A stretch of 64,000 nt of DNA from Ophelia neglecta (taxonomy: Eukaryota): the NCBI GenBank assembly GCA_965285935.1, contig OZ260666.1:52328001-52392000 (forward strand), in the 5' to 3' direction. The position numbers and the translations under genes were made by a program. Each line of letters opens with the position of its first letter. Within the stretch, counting starts at the first letter, position 1. Under the pieces are notes generated by a model. The model made no database searches and was not told the DNA's origin. It saw nothing but the letters and a program-made list of their open reading frames with translations. Positions 27,463 through 40,862 of the stretch are shown in pieces.

Positions 27463-29762
27463 GGAGGCAGTTTAGAAGAAAAACTCACTGTTAGATGTTA
27501 TTTATTCCAGCCCTTTGTACATTTGGTTTGCCAGTAGCCACAACTCTATAGACTCTGTCTTGGCCCACTCTAAATCTATATAATGATGCCCCATTCTTGG
27601 CATCTGTGTGTGCAGTTGTTTGTTTCTAGGAATAAGTGCTTTCTGACTGTGCACTATGTTCTGTGCTTATGTACAGAGGACACAAATAAATGTACACAGT
27701 GTGAATATCTAGGGCATGGTGTTATTTTCTCGATCCCCTTCACTCCATCTATCTCTTGGGAGGGTAGTATGGACTGTGGATAGTTGTTCTAGGAGGCTTC
27801 CCGCTAGTTGTGTTGGATGGTTTCAGTCTGAGCTGCATTAATCATTACTAAATCCCAAACCTTGAGTCAGCCTGAGCAGCCCTGCTATGGCAGCCTCTGC
27901 TGCAGACTATACATTAACATGGAAATTGGGAGAAAAAGTCCAGAGTTTTTGCCTGTGCCCCATGATGGTCTGATATCACATGCTGTGGGCTGCTGCCGAC
28001 ATTGGTATTACAGGGAGTAGCAGTGAGCTAGGGTTTCCAGAGGCATATGTCTGGCTCCCTGCAGGAGAGGTCTTTATTTCGGTGGTGCCAGCTCCCTAGG
28101 ATTGAGGATATTCTGGGCTATTACCAGACTGTGTACTATTGAGAAGACAGTGCTGCTAACTGGCTTTATAGAGGTGTATTTTGTCCTCAAACGGCTGTAC
28201 GATGTTCTCAGCAGTGATGAGGGTTACTTACGATCAGATGGCCAGGATTTTCTAGCAACTTTGTGATTTTTTTCTTGTAAATCCTGGCTTTTTGCGTCAT
28301 CTGGCCACCACAACGGAGAAGCTTATCAAAACTGTGACCAAATGATGTCATTGGAATGAGTAGTCATGAACCAAACTCAGTCTCACAAACAATATTCATG
28401 TGACACAAGACAGTACAAATTACATTCTGTAGACAGTGATGGCAGTGATATTTGTGCATATCCTGGTTTGAGTTTTGCTGCTGAGCCAGTAGAGAAGGAT
28501 CTTAGGGATTGGCTTGCAGGAAACATCACTGGTCATGTGCCAAACTCCAATACAAATAGCCCCTTGTTGAGATAAATTTTGGAATACTGGAATTTTTGAA
28601 ATACTAGACTGACTGCACGTCCTAATTACAAGGTGTTGAATAAGGGAGACACTAGTTTTGTATGTGAGATACATACTATTAGTGATAGAATATGTTGGCA
28701 GGGTGTGGTGTACATTAGTACGTTCCTGCTAACCTTGTTAACTATTTGACAGACTTATTTATGATTAATGTGCCTAGATCTCCAGCTTGGTGACATTTGT
28801 ACAAGTGAGAGGTATGGTAATATGTCGGTGCATTGTGTGACATTTAATATTGATTTGAGACAGGTAGTTAGGCCTGTTGTCTGTGTATAAGGTATGATGT
28901 GTAGTGATACCCTGGTAGAATAGGTAAAGGTCAGCCAACTTCAGCTCACTGGCTGCTCAGATGAAAGTCTAGCTGGCTGAACCTCTCTAAGTACTGTTCT
29001 CCTACACCACCTGGACAAGCCCTGTACTACCTGAGTCATCTACCTGAGCCAGGGGCAGGCCAGTGGCTGATACATGGAATAAACACGGAGATTAACATCC
29101 AGGGCCGATGGCAGTGGATCAGCAAGTCAAACTGGCCTTTGAATTACACTTTGTGCCTGGACAGAGGTCCCCTCCATCTTGACCAGGCTGACACTAAAAA
29201 CGCCACCCTTCTCTCTCCGATATCACTGGTGACCAGCCTGCTTTCTGGTAGATTACTTAGAGCCGGTTATAAGTATGATTTGAGTCTTCTCTAGCTACCG
29301 AGAGGGAGGTACAGTCTGTGGATTTTGGTACTAAAGGGGCCTGGGATAATCTTTAGACAGGCTGGGTTGGTATTTGTTTAATAACAGACAAACTCTGTGA
29401 CTTGTGCCAAGCGTTCTGATCTAGGTGGATTGTGGGATATGTGATCGCTAGATGTTCTGCTCCGACTTGGGGCCAGCAGACACAAGAGATAGATGACCAG
29501 AAGGCTATAATCCTGCTTACTGCCACCAAATAAACTACATTAATAACACTTCTTAGTGCCAGCTTGGGACAGACAAGTCTACTGGGAGAGACATTCGTAA
29601 TAAATGTATCAAAAGGCTGTTTCATCCATAACCAGTTATTGCTTCAGGTACACATGTAGCTATTCCAGGCCAGCTGAGGTGGTCTAGGAGTATCCTGAAC
29701 ATGGAGACATTTCAGTAACATTAGGATAGTTTGTTTTTGTTCTTCATTTACACAGCCTAGTT

Positions 29763-30062
29763 ATGTCTGGTTGGAAAAATGTTGGGACTAACATATTACA
29801 TGCATTTAGCTGGCGCTCACGGCGGTCGCGTCATAGGGAAAGTAGTAAAAAGCGGCCACCCCCGCCCCCTCCCCCTACCAGGGAGACCAGCTCAGACAAC
29901 CTGTCTGTGGCGGGACCTGTCGACCTCAAAGACTGCCTCATTGCCTTGGAGGAGGGGCAGTCTGCCAGCTATCCCCCTGACCAACAAACAGGAAAGGAAC
30001 AGGCAGGAGTGAAACAGACAGGGGAGAAAACCCCAGGGGAGGAGGAGGTCATTCTGTTTGAG
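29763..30062 (+). CDS. TRIO: Candidate alternative exon with basic and polyproline N-terminus
   Basis: Acceptor ttgttcttcatttacacag| at 29755/29756, ATG at 29763, 100 codons to GAG|gtagac (phase 0, fits SH3 exon). Encodes MSGWKNVGTNILHAFSWRSRRSRHRESSKKRPPPPPPPTRETSSDNLSVAGPVDLKDCLIALEEG...EEEVILFE. GC/CpG-rich and non-repetitive; the donor is weak. Confidence 0.6.
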
Positions 30063-30490
30063 GTAGACATTATTACACAAGCCATCTTTACCCAAACTGA
30101 CCCCTAGGTGCTCCTTCACAGTACAGGGTACCACATGAATTAGTAAATATCACCCCCACCCCAGTAAGCCACCATGTGTACATACGTGTATATGTACAGT
30201 GTATTACAGTTCAGTGTATTTGCAACTGCAGATCCTCATATCGATTTGATGAGTTCTCAGAGCTAATGTGGCTTTGACCTTTAATACAAGGCCTTGGTTG
30301 TGTACTTACCCATGTACAAAATGTATATATCAATGTATTTCAAGCATAATGTACATGCATGTTATCATCTCTCCAGTATAATAGACTGGCATGTCATTAT
30401 ATCGGCAGACTTTGTTTAATACTTATCATTTGTAGATGATGGCCGACAGGATCTGAATGTGATATGTGGCCTATCCATTCCCCGTGGAGT

Positions 30491-30564
30491 GGGTAGTCCC
30501 TCCTCGGGTAGTCCCTCCTCGGGTAGTCCCTCCTCGGGTAGTCCCTCCTCGGGTAGTCCCTCCT
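30491..30564. repeat. 15-bp tandem repeat GGGTAGTCCCTCCTC x5
   Basis: Direct reading; near-perfect copies. Confidence 0.93.
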
Positions 30565-32123
30565 GGCACACACTGACAGGCGATACTCAAGTGTTATGCA
30601 CTCTGAGATGATAGATGAACTGTGTGTGCATGCTAGCTTTCCAATAACAGCTCCTATCTGAAGAAGAAAAAAATAACATAAAACACTCCCATACTGACAG
30701 CTATCCCAGATGTTAAAAAAAGGCACTGCAGGCACTGACTGACTGAACATAGCCTGGTCTGCATTACAAAATATTTATAAAACTTTACTCTATGAAGCAG
30801 GTGAAAAATTATGCACAGTGCCTAGAAAAGTAAATTCCTATCTGATAAGATATTAGGATAATACCAGGCTAAAATATGATCACATCAGTGGTTTTACTTC
30901 TTTTATCTATTGATCAATAAATGCTAATGTTAAGTGGGGTGATATCAAACAGCTAACAGAAATCTCATAAATTGACAAGACATCCCTAGTTTATGTGGTG
31001 TTTATGTGGTGTAATGTTATATGTAGTGAGTAACAGTTATGAGAGTTAGTCATGTTGTATAGCTACTATGTCAGCTGTCATTATGTGAAGTTTGATATTC
31101 AATAATAATATTTGTGTTCATGTATGAATCATATAATAATCACATTCCAAGTTATTGCCGTGTGTGTGTGTGTGGACGAAGTAGTGGAGTGGATTCAAGT
31201 ACCTATTTAGGCCGACTGCCCTGGTTTATTATTTATATAAACTACTAATATGATAGTAGTGTCCTTGGTGGTCCTCACTATGCAGTATGTGTGTATGTTG
31301 ATTAGGGCTCCAAGTCAGACCAGAACCCATAAGTTACATACATCAGCCATGTAAATATCTATCTCTAGCAAAATATACTAGCTTTAGGATGCATGTTTTA
31401 TTTACATCCACCTTATGCCAGACATTCCTGAGATTCTCTCTGACTTCACCATTCTGATGCTCATTAGATGCTCCTCTCTGATCATTGCCTCAGGTATTCA
31501 CTTGACTCTCACCTGCTGATCACTGAAGACATACATGTACCCAACATCCTCAACTTAGTGTCCTAACTACATTCTGGGTCAATAACGAAAATATCACATA
31601 ACATACCGTACATCATTATGTTTATAGTCATCAAGAGCTTTCAGCCGTATGCATTAGGAATAAAATGTGTCTGTTGGCAAGTTTTTCGAGCAGATTCTTC
31701 ATGGAAATGCCAGGAAAATAAACATTGAAAGGTGCCAATGAAAATATCGTCTACTTAAGAACTTGATGTGGGATGTGTATATCTCCACATGATGTTGGTT
31801 CTGGGGTTCTTTATGAGGGAAGTCCTTCATTCAACCGAATATTACCACTTGACAATGTATTGGTATATCTCCATCACCTGTACATGTGTACTGTAGTGTT
31901 ATCTTCCTTTTTTACAATACACATGTATATTCCAGTACATTCCTGTACCTTAATTCAATAGTGATGTAAGAATTTTCATGATTTTAATTTCACAGGTTAG
32001 GGTACAATAGTTATTGTCATTGTTTTACAAAGTTATCTGTGTACTTGTGAACCTACTTGCATCACTTTTGACTTTTGGCCCTTAAGCCCACAGAAAATTT
32101 ATGTGTATTTATTTCTATTTCAG

Positions 32124-32373
32124 AGTTGCAATGACTTATGGCTGATCACTGATGATTACACAGCAACAAGTGAGAAGGAAATTAGTGTTAGTCGAGGCCA
32201 GCAGGTGGAGCTGGTAGAGTCCGCAGCAGGAGGCAGCCCAGAATGGTGTCTAGTGCGTCCACTTAGCGTGGAGTCCAGTAGTGCCCCCGCCGAGGGTCTG
32301 GTCCCCGCAGCAATGCTTAAACAAGTGCCAAATCTCAAGGTTTCTGGCTCTCGGGGCAGCATAGAAAATGAAG
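32124..32373 (+). CDS. TRIO: Trio/Kalirin family Rho-GEF, exon encoding the first SH3 domain (phase 0 to 1)
   Basis: Acceptor tttctatttcag|AGT, donor GAAG|gtcagt. Translation SCNDLWLITDDYTATSEKEISVSRGQQVELVESAAGGSPEWCLVRPLSVESSSAPAEGLVPAAMLKQVPNLKVSGSRGSIENE(G) carries SH3 hallmarks (DY..E.S...GQ.VE, WCLVR, EGLVP) and the SRxSxExEG tail, matching Trio SH3-1 as I recall it. Confidence 0.93.
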
Positions 32374-33659
32374 GTCAGTATATCATCCCCAAATGTAAAT
32401 ATGATGTACTTGTTAATCAGAGAATAGTGAGGAATCGGTCAGGGGTTCGGAAATATTTAAGTCAACTAGCTCACTTCAATTCAATGTGATTTCAAATTTA
32501 TAAGATAAAAAAACTGGACATATTTCCTATCCATTCACATGTATCATTGTATACCAGATTACTTGAACCTCACTCAAATAGAATACACAAACCTATTAAA
32601 AAAAATTAAAACAAATATATTCATTATGTTTTATATATAATTTCATGCTCAGCTTGTTCAAGCTTGCTCAAGCTGGCCGAGCTAATCAAATCATTGGCAT
32701 TCATCTGGCATTATTTCATTCATACTTCCCTCCATCAACAGTTGATACATTCTATTTGGTAAAAAACAACTATCACAGCTCTATATCCTTATACAATTAT
32801 TGTATTATTTATCTATCTTTCTATCTTTATAAAGTTGTGACTTATAGTTTAACATCAACCAGTCAAAGGTACATGAACATATATATTTCACTGGTCCATT
32901 TGCACTCATATGCACAAGAAGGACACTGGCAGCGCCCTCTACCAAGTTTATATTATGCTTATTCAATTGAAAAAATGGCAGCAAATTGTTTTTTTATTTG
33001 GTGTACAGGAAGGTATACATTAATACCACCTTGCATGTCAATGACTTAATTATGCATAATAGACATGTTAAGAGTATTGGTCTCTTTGGAAATTCCAATG
33101 CTGTTGCCAGAGGAACGTAAAGTGGTCAACTAATTACGTAGGCAGTGTCAAATTTATGATGAATTTTAGTAAAATTGCTATGAGAAAATTAGTATACCCT
33201 ATCTCATCCTTTGTCATGTCATAAAGGTCAATGCATGTGCACCCAAACTTGTGTGTGTGTGCAGGGAATTTGATAAGATCTCAATAAGATATGTAATGGC
33301 ATTATCCACAGCTCAAAACAGCCCCCACAACCATTGATGTCAAAAAAAATGGAAGTCCATAGCATTTAAGATGGCTTCAGCCACATGCGCCTAATGTCAT
33401 GGCTGCATGCAACTGGTATCTTCTTGCAGAATGGGGTGTATTTAATGGAATATATGCACAGTATGTAGGAGGTAGGAGATACTGGTAAAACAGGGGCCAG
33501 TCAGAGATGTTGGTACTAAACCTCGTCCTGCTTCTAATCTACCAGGGGTCAGCACTGTGTATGACTAGACCACATCATTGGTAGGGCTAGACTAGCGATT
33601 ATGCAGTGTGGCATGCTCATTGTAGTCTATCTAGGCATCAAACCAAAATGAAAATTACA

Positions 33660-33803
33660 TATGTAGGGCCCCTCCAATGAAGGGCCACCTTGGATGGGAG
33701 GGCAGTTTTTGAATACTCATGTCCTATCTTATCCAATGGAGGGCCACCTGCAATGTACTTTTTCATTTGATTTAGGGGCAGCCCTACATCGCAGCGACCA
33801 CTG
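33660..33803. mobile_element. Second, diverged copy of the same MITE (opposite orientation, one end truncated)
   Basis: TATGTAGGGCCCCTCCAATGAAGGGCCACC...TTTTTGAATACTCATGTCCTATCTT...TTTAGGGGCAGCCCTACATCGCAGCGACCACTG|TA aligns by eye to the reverse complement of 53877-54055, and ends CACTG followed by TA. Confidence 0.72.
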
Positions 33804-34802
33804 TAGATATGTGTCACTAGCATTACTGGTGCTCAAGAATGTTCCAATACATATGGCCTGGGCACAATATGTCAATACAGAATAATATTTCTGATATGCA
33901 TGGCTTATGTAAGGACTCTTAAAAACCAAGTTTGATGTCCCCTTTCTCATTTTTATTAACCCTTTATCTTGCGAGTCCTGAGCGAGATTCTTATACCATG
34001 TGCTGTATACTTTACTGAAATGTAATAAGTTGATTGTGTAGTCTGGCTGTAGCACTGAGGACTGTAGCTTTTTGGTTTTGTTTAAATATTGCAAAATTTG
34101 CCGGCCTAATGATTTTTTATTATAAAAATCTTATTCATATGGTAATATCATGAGTACATCACAAATGTCTTGTTTTTTAATTGTACTGTATGTTTACAAA
34201 TAAAATTATCAAGTAATAGAAAATAGAATGAGGAAAAAAGAGAACCATATAAATAACCAATTTACCCTTTAAATGTAACATGTTCAGCATTGTACCCTTT
34301 CAGTGCCTGGATTTTATATAGAATATGTCCCTGTTGGTGGTATACGGCTACATTCATTAAAAATATATTCTGTATTTATTGATTTTCCTTGGTCCTGGTA
34401 TACTTGCAGCATCCCATTTTCCTGGAACACATTGTTAACATTTACTATGGCCTTTTTCTCTGATCCTCTGTTGCTCTGACCTTTTGGTAGTATTTGTCAT
34501 CACTCGAACAACATGTGTGTGTCAGGTGAATTCTATGCTGCCCTGGGTTATCTAGGACTTGAAATAGCTTTATTTTATGGAAGCCCAGCATGCAGGCGAG
34601 CTTCTAGGAACCAGCCAGACAGACCTGGGATGTACTTACCTGTCAAATGGTGATCCCTAACTAGGTTTTTATCTAACCTTAAGTGAGATGCCTATAAGTG
34701 TCAGATTTGAAGATTTCTCTGCAGCATTTGTGATAAGGTGACAATCATGTCTTGGGTGTCCCCCCCCCCCCATGTACAGTGTATAACAAGGTGGCTCTTG
34801 AT

Positions 34803-35770
34803 ACTGGCCATAGACAACCACTGTACTGGGCATAGACACACACTGTACTGGGCATAGACACACACTGTACTGGCCATAGACACAAATTGTACTGACCATA
34901 GACACGTCCTGTACTGGCCATAGACACACACTGTACTGGCCATAGGCACACACTGTACTGGGCATAGACACAAATTGTACTGACCATAGACACACACTGT
35001 ACTGGCCATAGACACACACTGTACTGGCCATAGGCACACACTGTACTGGGCATAGACACACACTGTACTGGGCATAGGCATACACTGTACTGGGCATATA
35101 CACATACTGTACTGGCCATAGACACGCCCTGTACTGGGCATAGACACATACTGTACTTGGCATAGACACGCCCTGTACTGGCCATAGACACTCCCTGTAC
35201 TGGGCATAGACACAAATTGTACTGACCATAGACACAATTACGAGCCATAGGCACACACTGTACTGACCATAGACACACACTGTACTGGCCATAGGCACAC
35301 ACTGTACTGGGCATAGACACACACTGTACTGGGCATAGACACAAATAGTACTGACCATAGACACACACTGTACTGGCTATAGGCACACACTGTACTGGCC
35401 ATAGACACACACTGTACTAGGCATAGACACAAATTGTACTGACCATAGACACACACTGTACTGGCCATAGACACAAACTGTACTGGGCATTGGCACACAC
35501 TGTACTGGGCATAGACACACACTGTGCTTGGCATAGGCACACACTGTACTGGGCATAGACACATACTGTACTGGCCGAACACACGCCCTGTACTGGGCAT
35601 AGACACATACTGTACTGGGCATAGACACGCCCTGTACTGGGCATAGACACAAATTGTACTGACCATAGACACAAATACGAGCCATAGGCACACACTGTAC
35701 CGGGCATAGACACACACTGTACTGCGCATAGACACACATTGTATTGGCCATAGACACGCACTGTACTGGG
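34803..35770. repeat. 22-bp minisatellite CTGTACTGG(G/C)CATAGACACACA, about 44 copies
   Basis: Direct reading. Explains the Cys/Val-rich minus-strand ORFs at 34669-35761. Confidence 0.96.
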
Positions 35771-37527
35771 CCCTAGAATTACATAATTAAAAGTAGTAGG
35801 GATGTATTGGTCTTTTTCAATTAGGATAATGACTATATTTAATTCCTGACATTATCAATACATTTAAATAGGAAAATAATGTTTTCTTGTTTTATATCAT
35901 GCTATTATTTCAATTTGATTATACTTGATTTGCAAATTTTCTTAAGCACGTAGAAATTAGTTTATAATGTTCACTTTCTCCACTGCCACAGTGATGAGAG
36001 TGCTAGGTTTGCTATTTGAATATTTGTTGGCAACTGTTTTTTACTCCAACAAGGGAATAGAGAAGGATTTTAATTAATTTATTATTAGACTACCTCATAA
36101 ATTCTTCTGTGTAATCGGAGTGCACAGCTCCCACCTTTGGAGTCATTCCAAGAACAGGTACCTGGATTATATTTATGATGTCACGGGCAGTGCAATTAAT
36201 ATGTACCATTTTGCAGAAATGGCAAACGGTATGTTTGGGAAAAGTAAATAAATGTGAAGATTGAATGTTCAGATATCATAAGTTACCAGGGTAATATAAA
36301 AATCCTTTTTTTTAGGCTTACTGGTATATATTTATTCCTAGTTTCATAGCAGTAAAATACTATAGTTATCCTTAGCTCTTGGGAGTGAGAGGATTTAGAA
36401 AATGTTCCTTTGACACTGAAGATTGACCTCCGTATTTACAAAACACTTTTAATCTATGCTCACTCAAATGCTTATCATAGACTCCTGGCCAGTTTTGATG
36501 ATATATTATCTTGCTGTAGTCTTCATTGAATATTGGGTGTTTTTCCCTCGGTCAACTTCTGCTACCTAGCGTTGATAAATCCAATGTGACCTTGTTCAGT
36601 GTTCCTTCCGTGCCAGAGTACACTGCTCGGCCACCTGTAGTACTCTGCCAAATCCTGTCTATAAGAAATTCTCTCATCTTATTTGCATAAGAGGTGCCCC
36701 TAGTAACCTTTGGGTGACCTGGCATATATATTTCTCCTTTTGTCCGGCATGCACACTTAACAGTGTGTCCACACAAATGACTTTAGGTAATGTTAAGTCA
36801 AATACCCCATGGAAATGTCCAAGATGCACATCTCCAAGAAGAATCCCAAAAAGTTGTTTTTCTCACCATAACAAGGGCTGTCTACTGTGTGATGAGTGCT
36901 CAATTTTTGAGAATTTTTGGGATCAGCATCTGCTAGCAAGAAAAATATGAGTTGATTAGCTAAAAGACTCAATCACTACAAAAATGAAAAACTTTGCCCA
37001 AAGCCTCTTAGCCAAATGACCATCCAGACCCTAATACCCAATCATCACAGAATCTCTTGCTTTTATTTCTAAAATTTGAATAAAGATATGCCACATTAGG
37101 ATTAAAAAAAAGACATTTATATATGGTGATGTAAAACATTTTTAAATTATTTACCAAACAATGATCTAAGGATCATGAAAAGCAGTTTTTTTTATGAGAG
37201 ACATGAACTCTATACCTTTCAGACCATGCACACGACCTTAGTGCAGGAGTTCACTGGGGCTTTATACCTATGTGTCTCTGTAACATATGTTTGTATAGAG
37301 AAAATGTAATGATTAATGTTATTTTGTTCATAATCAGGTTGTTATTATTTGAAATTGTTTGAGTTTTAGAACAGTGTAGTTTTTTCCTTCATGCAAAATT
37401 CACCTAAATTTCCTGGAACATTGGGTTATATATCTGTTGGAAGATGCTGTTATTGTGTCCTGCTCCAAATCTGGAAACATTAGCAATGTCTCATTACTAA
37501 ACAATAAAATGTGTTTATTTCTTGCAG

Positions 37528-37648
37528 GTGATATGAGTACCCCGGCGGCCAGTGGAGACCCCAGTCCTAACACATCTACCTACTCGCTGGCCAGCAACAA
37601 CTCGGCTGCTTCCTCCTCTCCTGCAAACAAGAGAAGAAGCAGCTTTAG
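37528..37648 (+). CDS. TRIO: Trio exon, Ser-rich linker after the SH3 (phase 1 to 2)
   Basis: Acceptor tttatttcttgcag|GT, donor TTTAG|gtagga. In frame with both neighbours: (G)DMSTPAASGDPSPNTSTYSLASNNSAASSSPANKRRSSF(R). Confidence 0.88.
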
Positions 37649-38663
37649 GTAGGAGACAGTATTTCCCATTTTCAATTGTCTTTACCAGTTATATACCATG
37701 GTTTTCCATACATACTGAAGTACAGAACCTGAGAAATTCAAAATTGACCAAGGTACTTGATCAATACTGCAATTTGGCAGGTTCTGTATGAGGTAGGTAT
37801 GGAAATCATAAGGTAAGAAGCTAGATTCTAATATACCAAATGGAAAATTCTGCTATTACGTTGCATCAGCTTCCATAACTTTCAACATGACAGCTGACGA
37901 CAGATGACTGGTTGATGGCAGACGACAACTTGTCAACAAATCTTGATTGTTAGAAAGTGCCCTAGCAGGGGCAACCCTTAGCAAGCCAGAAATGCTTGGC
38001 AAGTGGTTAAAAACGAGTAATTATAAAAAGCTATATAAACCAGGGGAGAAAATGTCGGTACGAATTTTCCATATGGTATATTTGTTATAAGCTCAAATTA
38101 TAATAAGTTATAATAATTGTTATAAGCTCAAATTCATGAACAGCAAAGAGCTCGGGATTGTTTTCATGCCAAAACATTCAATTCATATTATATGTTTTGT
38201 AGAAAATTGCTTATTTTATAGGTCACTTCCTTGTAACTGGAAAATCATTGTTTTTTATTATCTATATTACATGGACTGATATATGGAATATGTCAGTTTG
38301 TTTCAATTTACTTAGCAATTAGTGTAGGATATTTAAATTAAAACCCAAAACTGCCCCATCAAATACGAATTGTGTTTCATGTTTCAAGAGGCAGACTTTA
38401 ACCGTACTGCCTTTCATATGATATGTGAGGCTCAGAGAAAGCACTGTTAGCTCCTGTTTTCCTGGATACAATATCAGAAGAAGTGTATCACAATAATACA
38501 GAACCCTCAGGAGGCAATGGGTTAAAGACACTTTATATGCTATATATGTAGTAGCTTCCTCCTCTCATCTAGTCCCTCATCAGGCAGGGCAAAGTCCACC
38601 TCTGTTCTGCTGTATGAAGATAATTTTATTCTCTATATTAATCATTTTCTTTTTATTCTTCAG

Positions 38664-38799
38664 AAAATGGTTAACAAATCCAGTGCGTAAACTCAGCCAG
38701 AGTAAGCTGGACAAATCTGGGTCAGAAAAAAATTCCCTGGAAAACTCCAGTAAATCAGCCAAAGGTCATAAAGGAGGTGGAAAATTCTCAACATTTAAG
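38664..38799 (+). CDS. TRIO: Trio exon with the conserved RKWLTxPVRxLS motif (phase 2 to 0)
   Basis: Acceptor ttttattcttcag|A, donor AAG|gtaggt. Encodes (R)KWLTNPVRKLSQSKLDKSGSEKNSLENSSKSAKGHKGGGKFSTFK, resembling vertebrate Trio/Kalirin RKWLTSPVRRLS. Confidence 0.92.
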
Positions 38800-38871
38800 G
38801 TAGGTCACCACAAAATGAACTTCCCTGATCTCTAGACTAGTGGCAAAGTGACTGGATGAATAAGTTAGGGA

Positions 38872-39265
38872 AGGATGGCAAGAGAACCTGAGATATTAGT
38901 GAGTACACTGGTGGTAAGAGAGATAGCCAGGAACCTGAGATATAACTCAGGCCACTGGTGGTAAGAGAGATTGCCAGGAACCTGAGATATTAGTCAGTAC
39001 ACTGGTTGTCATAGAGATGGCCAGAAAACCAGAGATATTAGTCAGTACACTGGTGGTCAGAGAGATGGCCAGAGAACCCTGAGATATAAGTCAGTACACT
39101 GGTGGTCAGAGAGATGGCCAGAGAACCCTGAGATATAAGTCAGTACACTGGTGGTCAGAGAGATGGCCAGAGAACCCTGAGATATAAGTCAGTACACTGG
39201 TGGTCAGAGAGATGGCCAGAGAACCCTGAGATATAAGTCAGTACACTGGTGGCCAGAGAACCTGA
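38872..39265. repeat. 49-bp minisatellite GAGATATAAGTCAGTACACTGGTGGTCAGAGAGATGGCCAGAGAACCCT, about 8 copies
   Basis: Period 49 (39081 to 39130); divergence decreases 5' to 3'. Confidence 0.93.
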
Positions 39266-40412
39266 GGTGTTTGTCTGAATGCTGGTACCCATCTCAGTTT
39301 TGGAGTAAAAATGAACAGTTGTGTAGAAGATATCCGGTCAGAGCGAGTGGGGAGACGGACAGACCACTATGTGCTCATTCATTGTCTAGCTATAGAAACA
39401 CCCAACCCATTGCAAATTACTGTGACTGTTGACTGACATATACATGTATACCTAGGATCCTCAAAAGACTTATACTTGGCATACTTTATTTAGAAATATC
39501 AATCCCACAGCTCTTCACTTGTCAAAGAATCATATGTTTTTAACATTAAAATGTTTTGAATGCTCTACCTAACAAATTTCTGACATGTGTATTCCTCAAA
39601 AGTAGTCTTAGTGTGTATTATGTTAAATTGGCGAGTGTCAAACCATGTGATATGATACAAATTATCAGCTTCCAGAGAAGTGGTATTGTCAAACGGCATA
39701 ACATTGGGATGCTTCATCCAGACTCTGTTTGTGTAAATGTTACCCAATAGCAGGCTAGTTAGGATGAAAACTAGTTTTCTGAATATTACCAATTTACCAT
39801 TATCAAGTGTATTATGGAGAAAGATCAGGTGCAATTTGCTGTTGAATCAGTTATTAATCAGAATGTGATAAATTGGTATTTGCTCATCAAATGCATTTTG
39901 CTCTCTTTTGTTCTAAAGGTCATATGTGTCTGGAAGTGCACTGGGGTCATTTATTAAAGATAGAATCATTATAATTTGAGTTGATGTGATGAAACAGTCT
40001 TCATATTGACTGATCACATTGTTGTTTGTATGGTGCTCTTATAGTATTGCTCTTGGTAAGGTCCTATCTGCCGTTTGGTTGATACCAGTTAAACAGGTTT
40101 ATCCTGGTTATGTCATGCACCTACTTTACCTGTACTTGCTAGTTATTTCTGAGTTATGCTGGTAAGATCACCTCCAGTTAGCAGACCACTTCATTGTGGT
40201 GTATTTATATCACTTCCATAGCCAGTCTAGCCTTTGTGTATGGGTATATTTATGCTTTTATTCCTGCTTAAAAATATGATTATCTGTTGCATTTAAATTT
40301 ATAAATAATATTGAAGGGGATCAAATGGAATTTAATTTAGAAGTCTATACCCATTGGAGTTGGAAGGCTTGCCATTCCCCCCTTGGCTAAGAATGAAACA
40401 TTGGTAGTACGT

Positions 40413-40862
40413 ATGTAGACTAGGTCCATGTAGACAAGGTCCATGTAGACAAGGTCCATGTAGACAAGGTCCATGTCGAAAAGGTCCATGTCGAAAAGGT
40501 CCTTGTATACTAGGTCCTTGTAGACTAGGTCCTTGTAGACTAGGTCCTTGTATACTAGGTCCTTGTAGACTAGGTCCTTGTATACTAGGTCCTTGTAGAC
40601 TAGGTCCTTGTATACTAGGTCCTTGTAGACTAGACCCATGTAGACAAGGTCCATGTAGACAAGGTCCATGTCGAAAAGGTCCTTGTATACTAGGTCCTTG
40701 TATACTAGGTCCTTGTAGACTAGGTCCTTGTAGACTAGGTCCTTGTATACTAGGTCCTTGTAGACTAGGTCCTTGTATACTAGGTCCTTGTATACTAGGT
40801 CCATATGGACTAAGTCCAAGTAGACAAGGTCCATGTGGACTAGGTCAATGTGGACTAGGTCC
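40413..40862. repeat. 15-bp minisatellite TAGACTAGGTCCTTG, about 30 copies
   Basis: Direct reading. Yields the DLVYK repeat ORF. Confidence 0.95.

Noticed and set aside
28366-28575. Protein-like ORF containing SVDSDGS, superficially like the Trio DSDK segment before the SH3
   Set aside because: No convincing acceptor/donor pair in phase, and it runs into a stop.
34669-35761. Minus-strand Cys/Val/Tyr-rich ORFs
   Set aside because: Artefacts of the 22-bp minisatellite.
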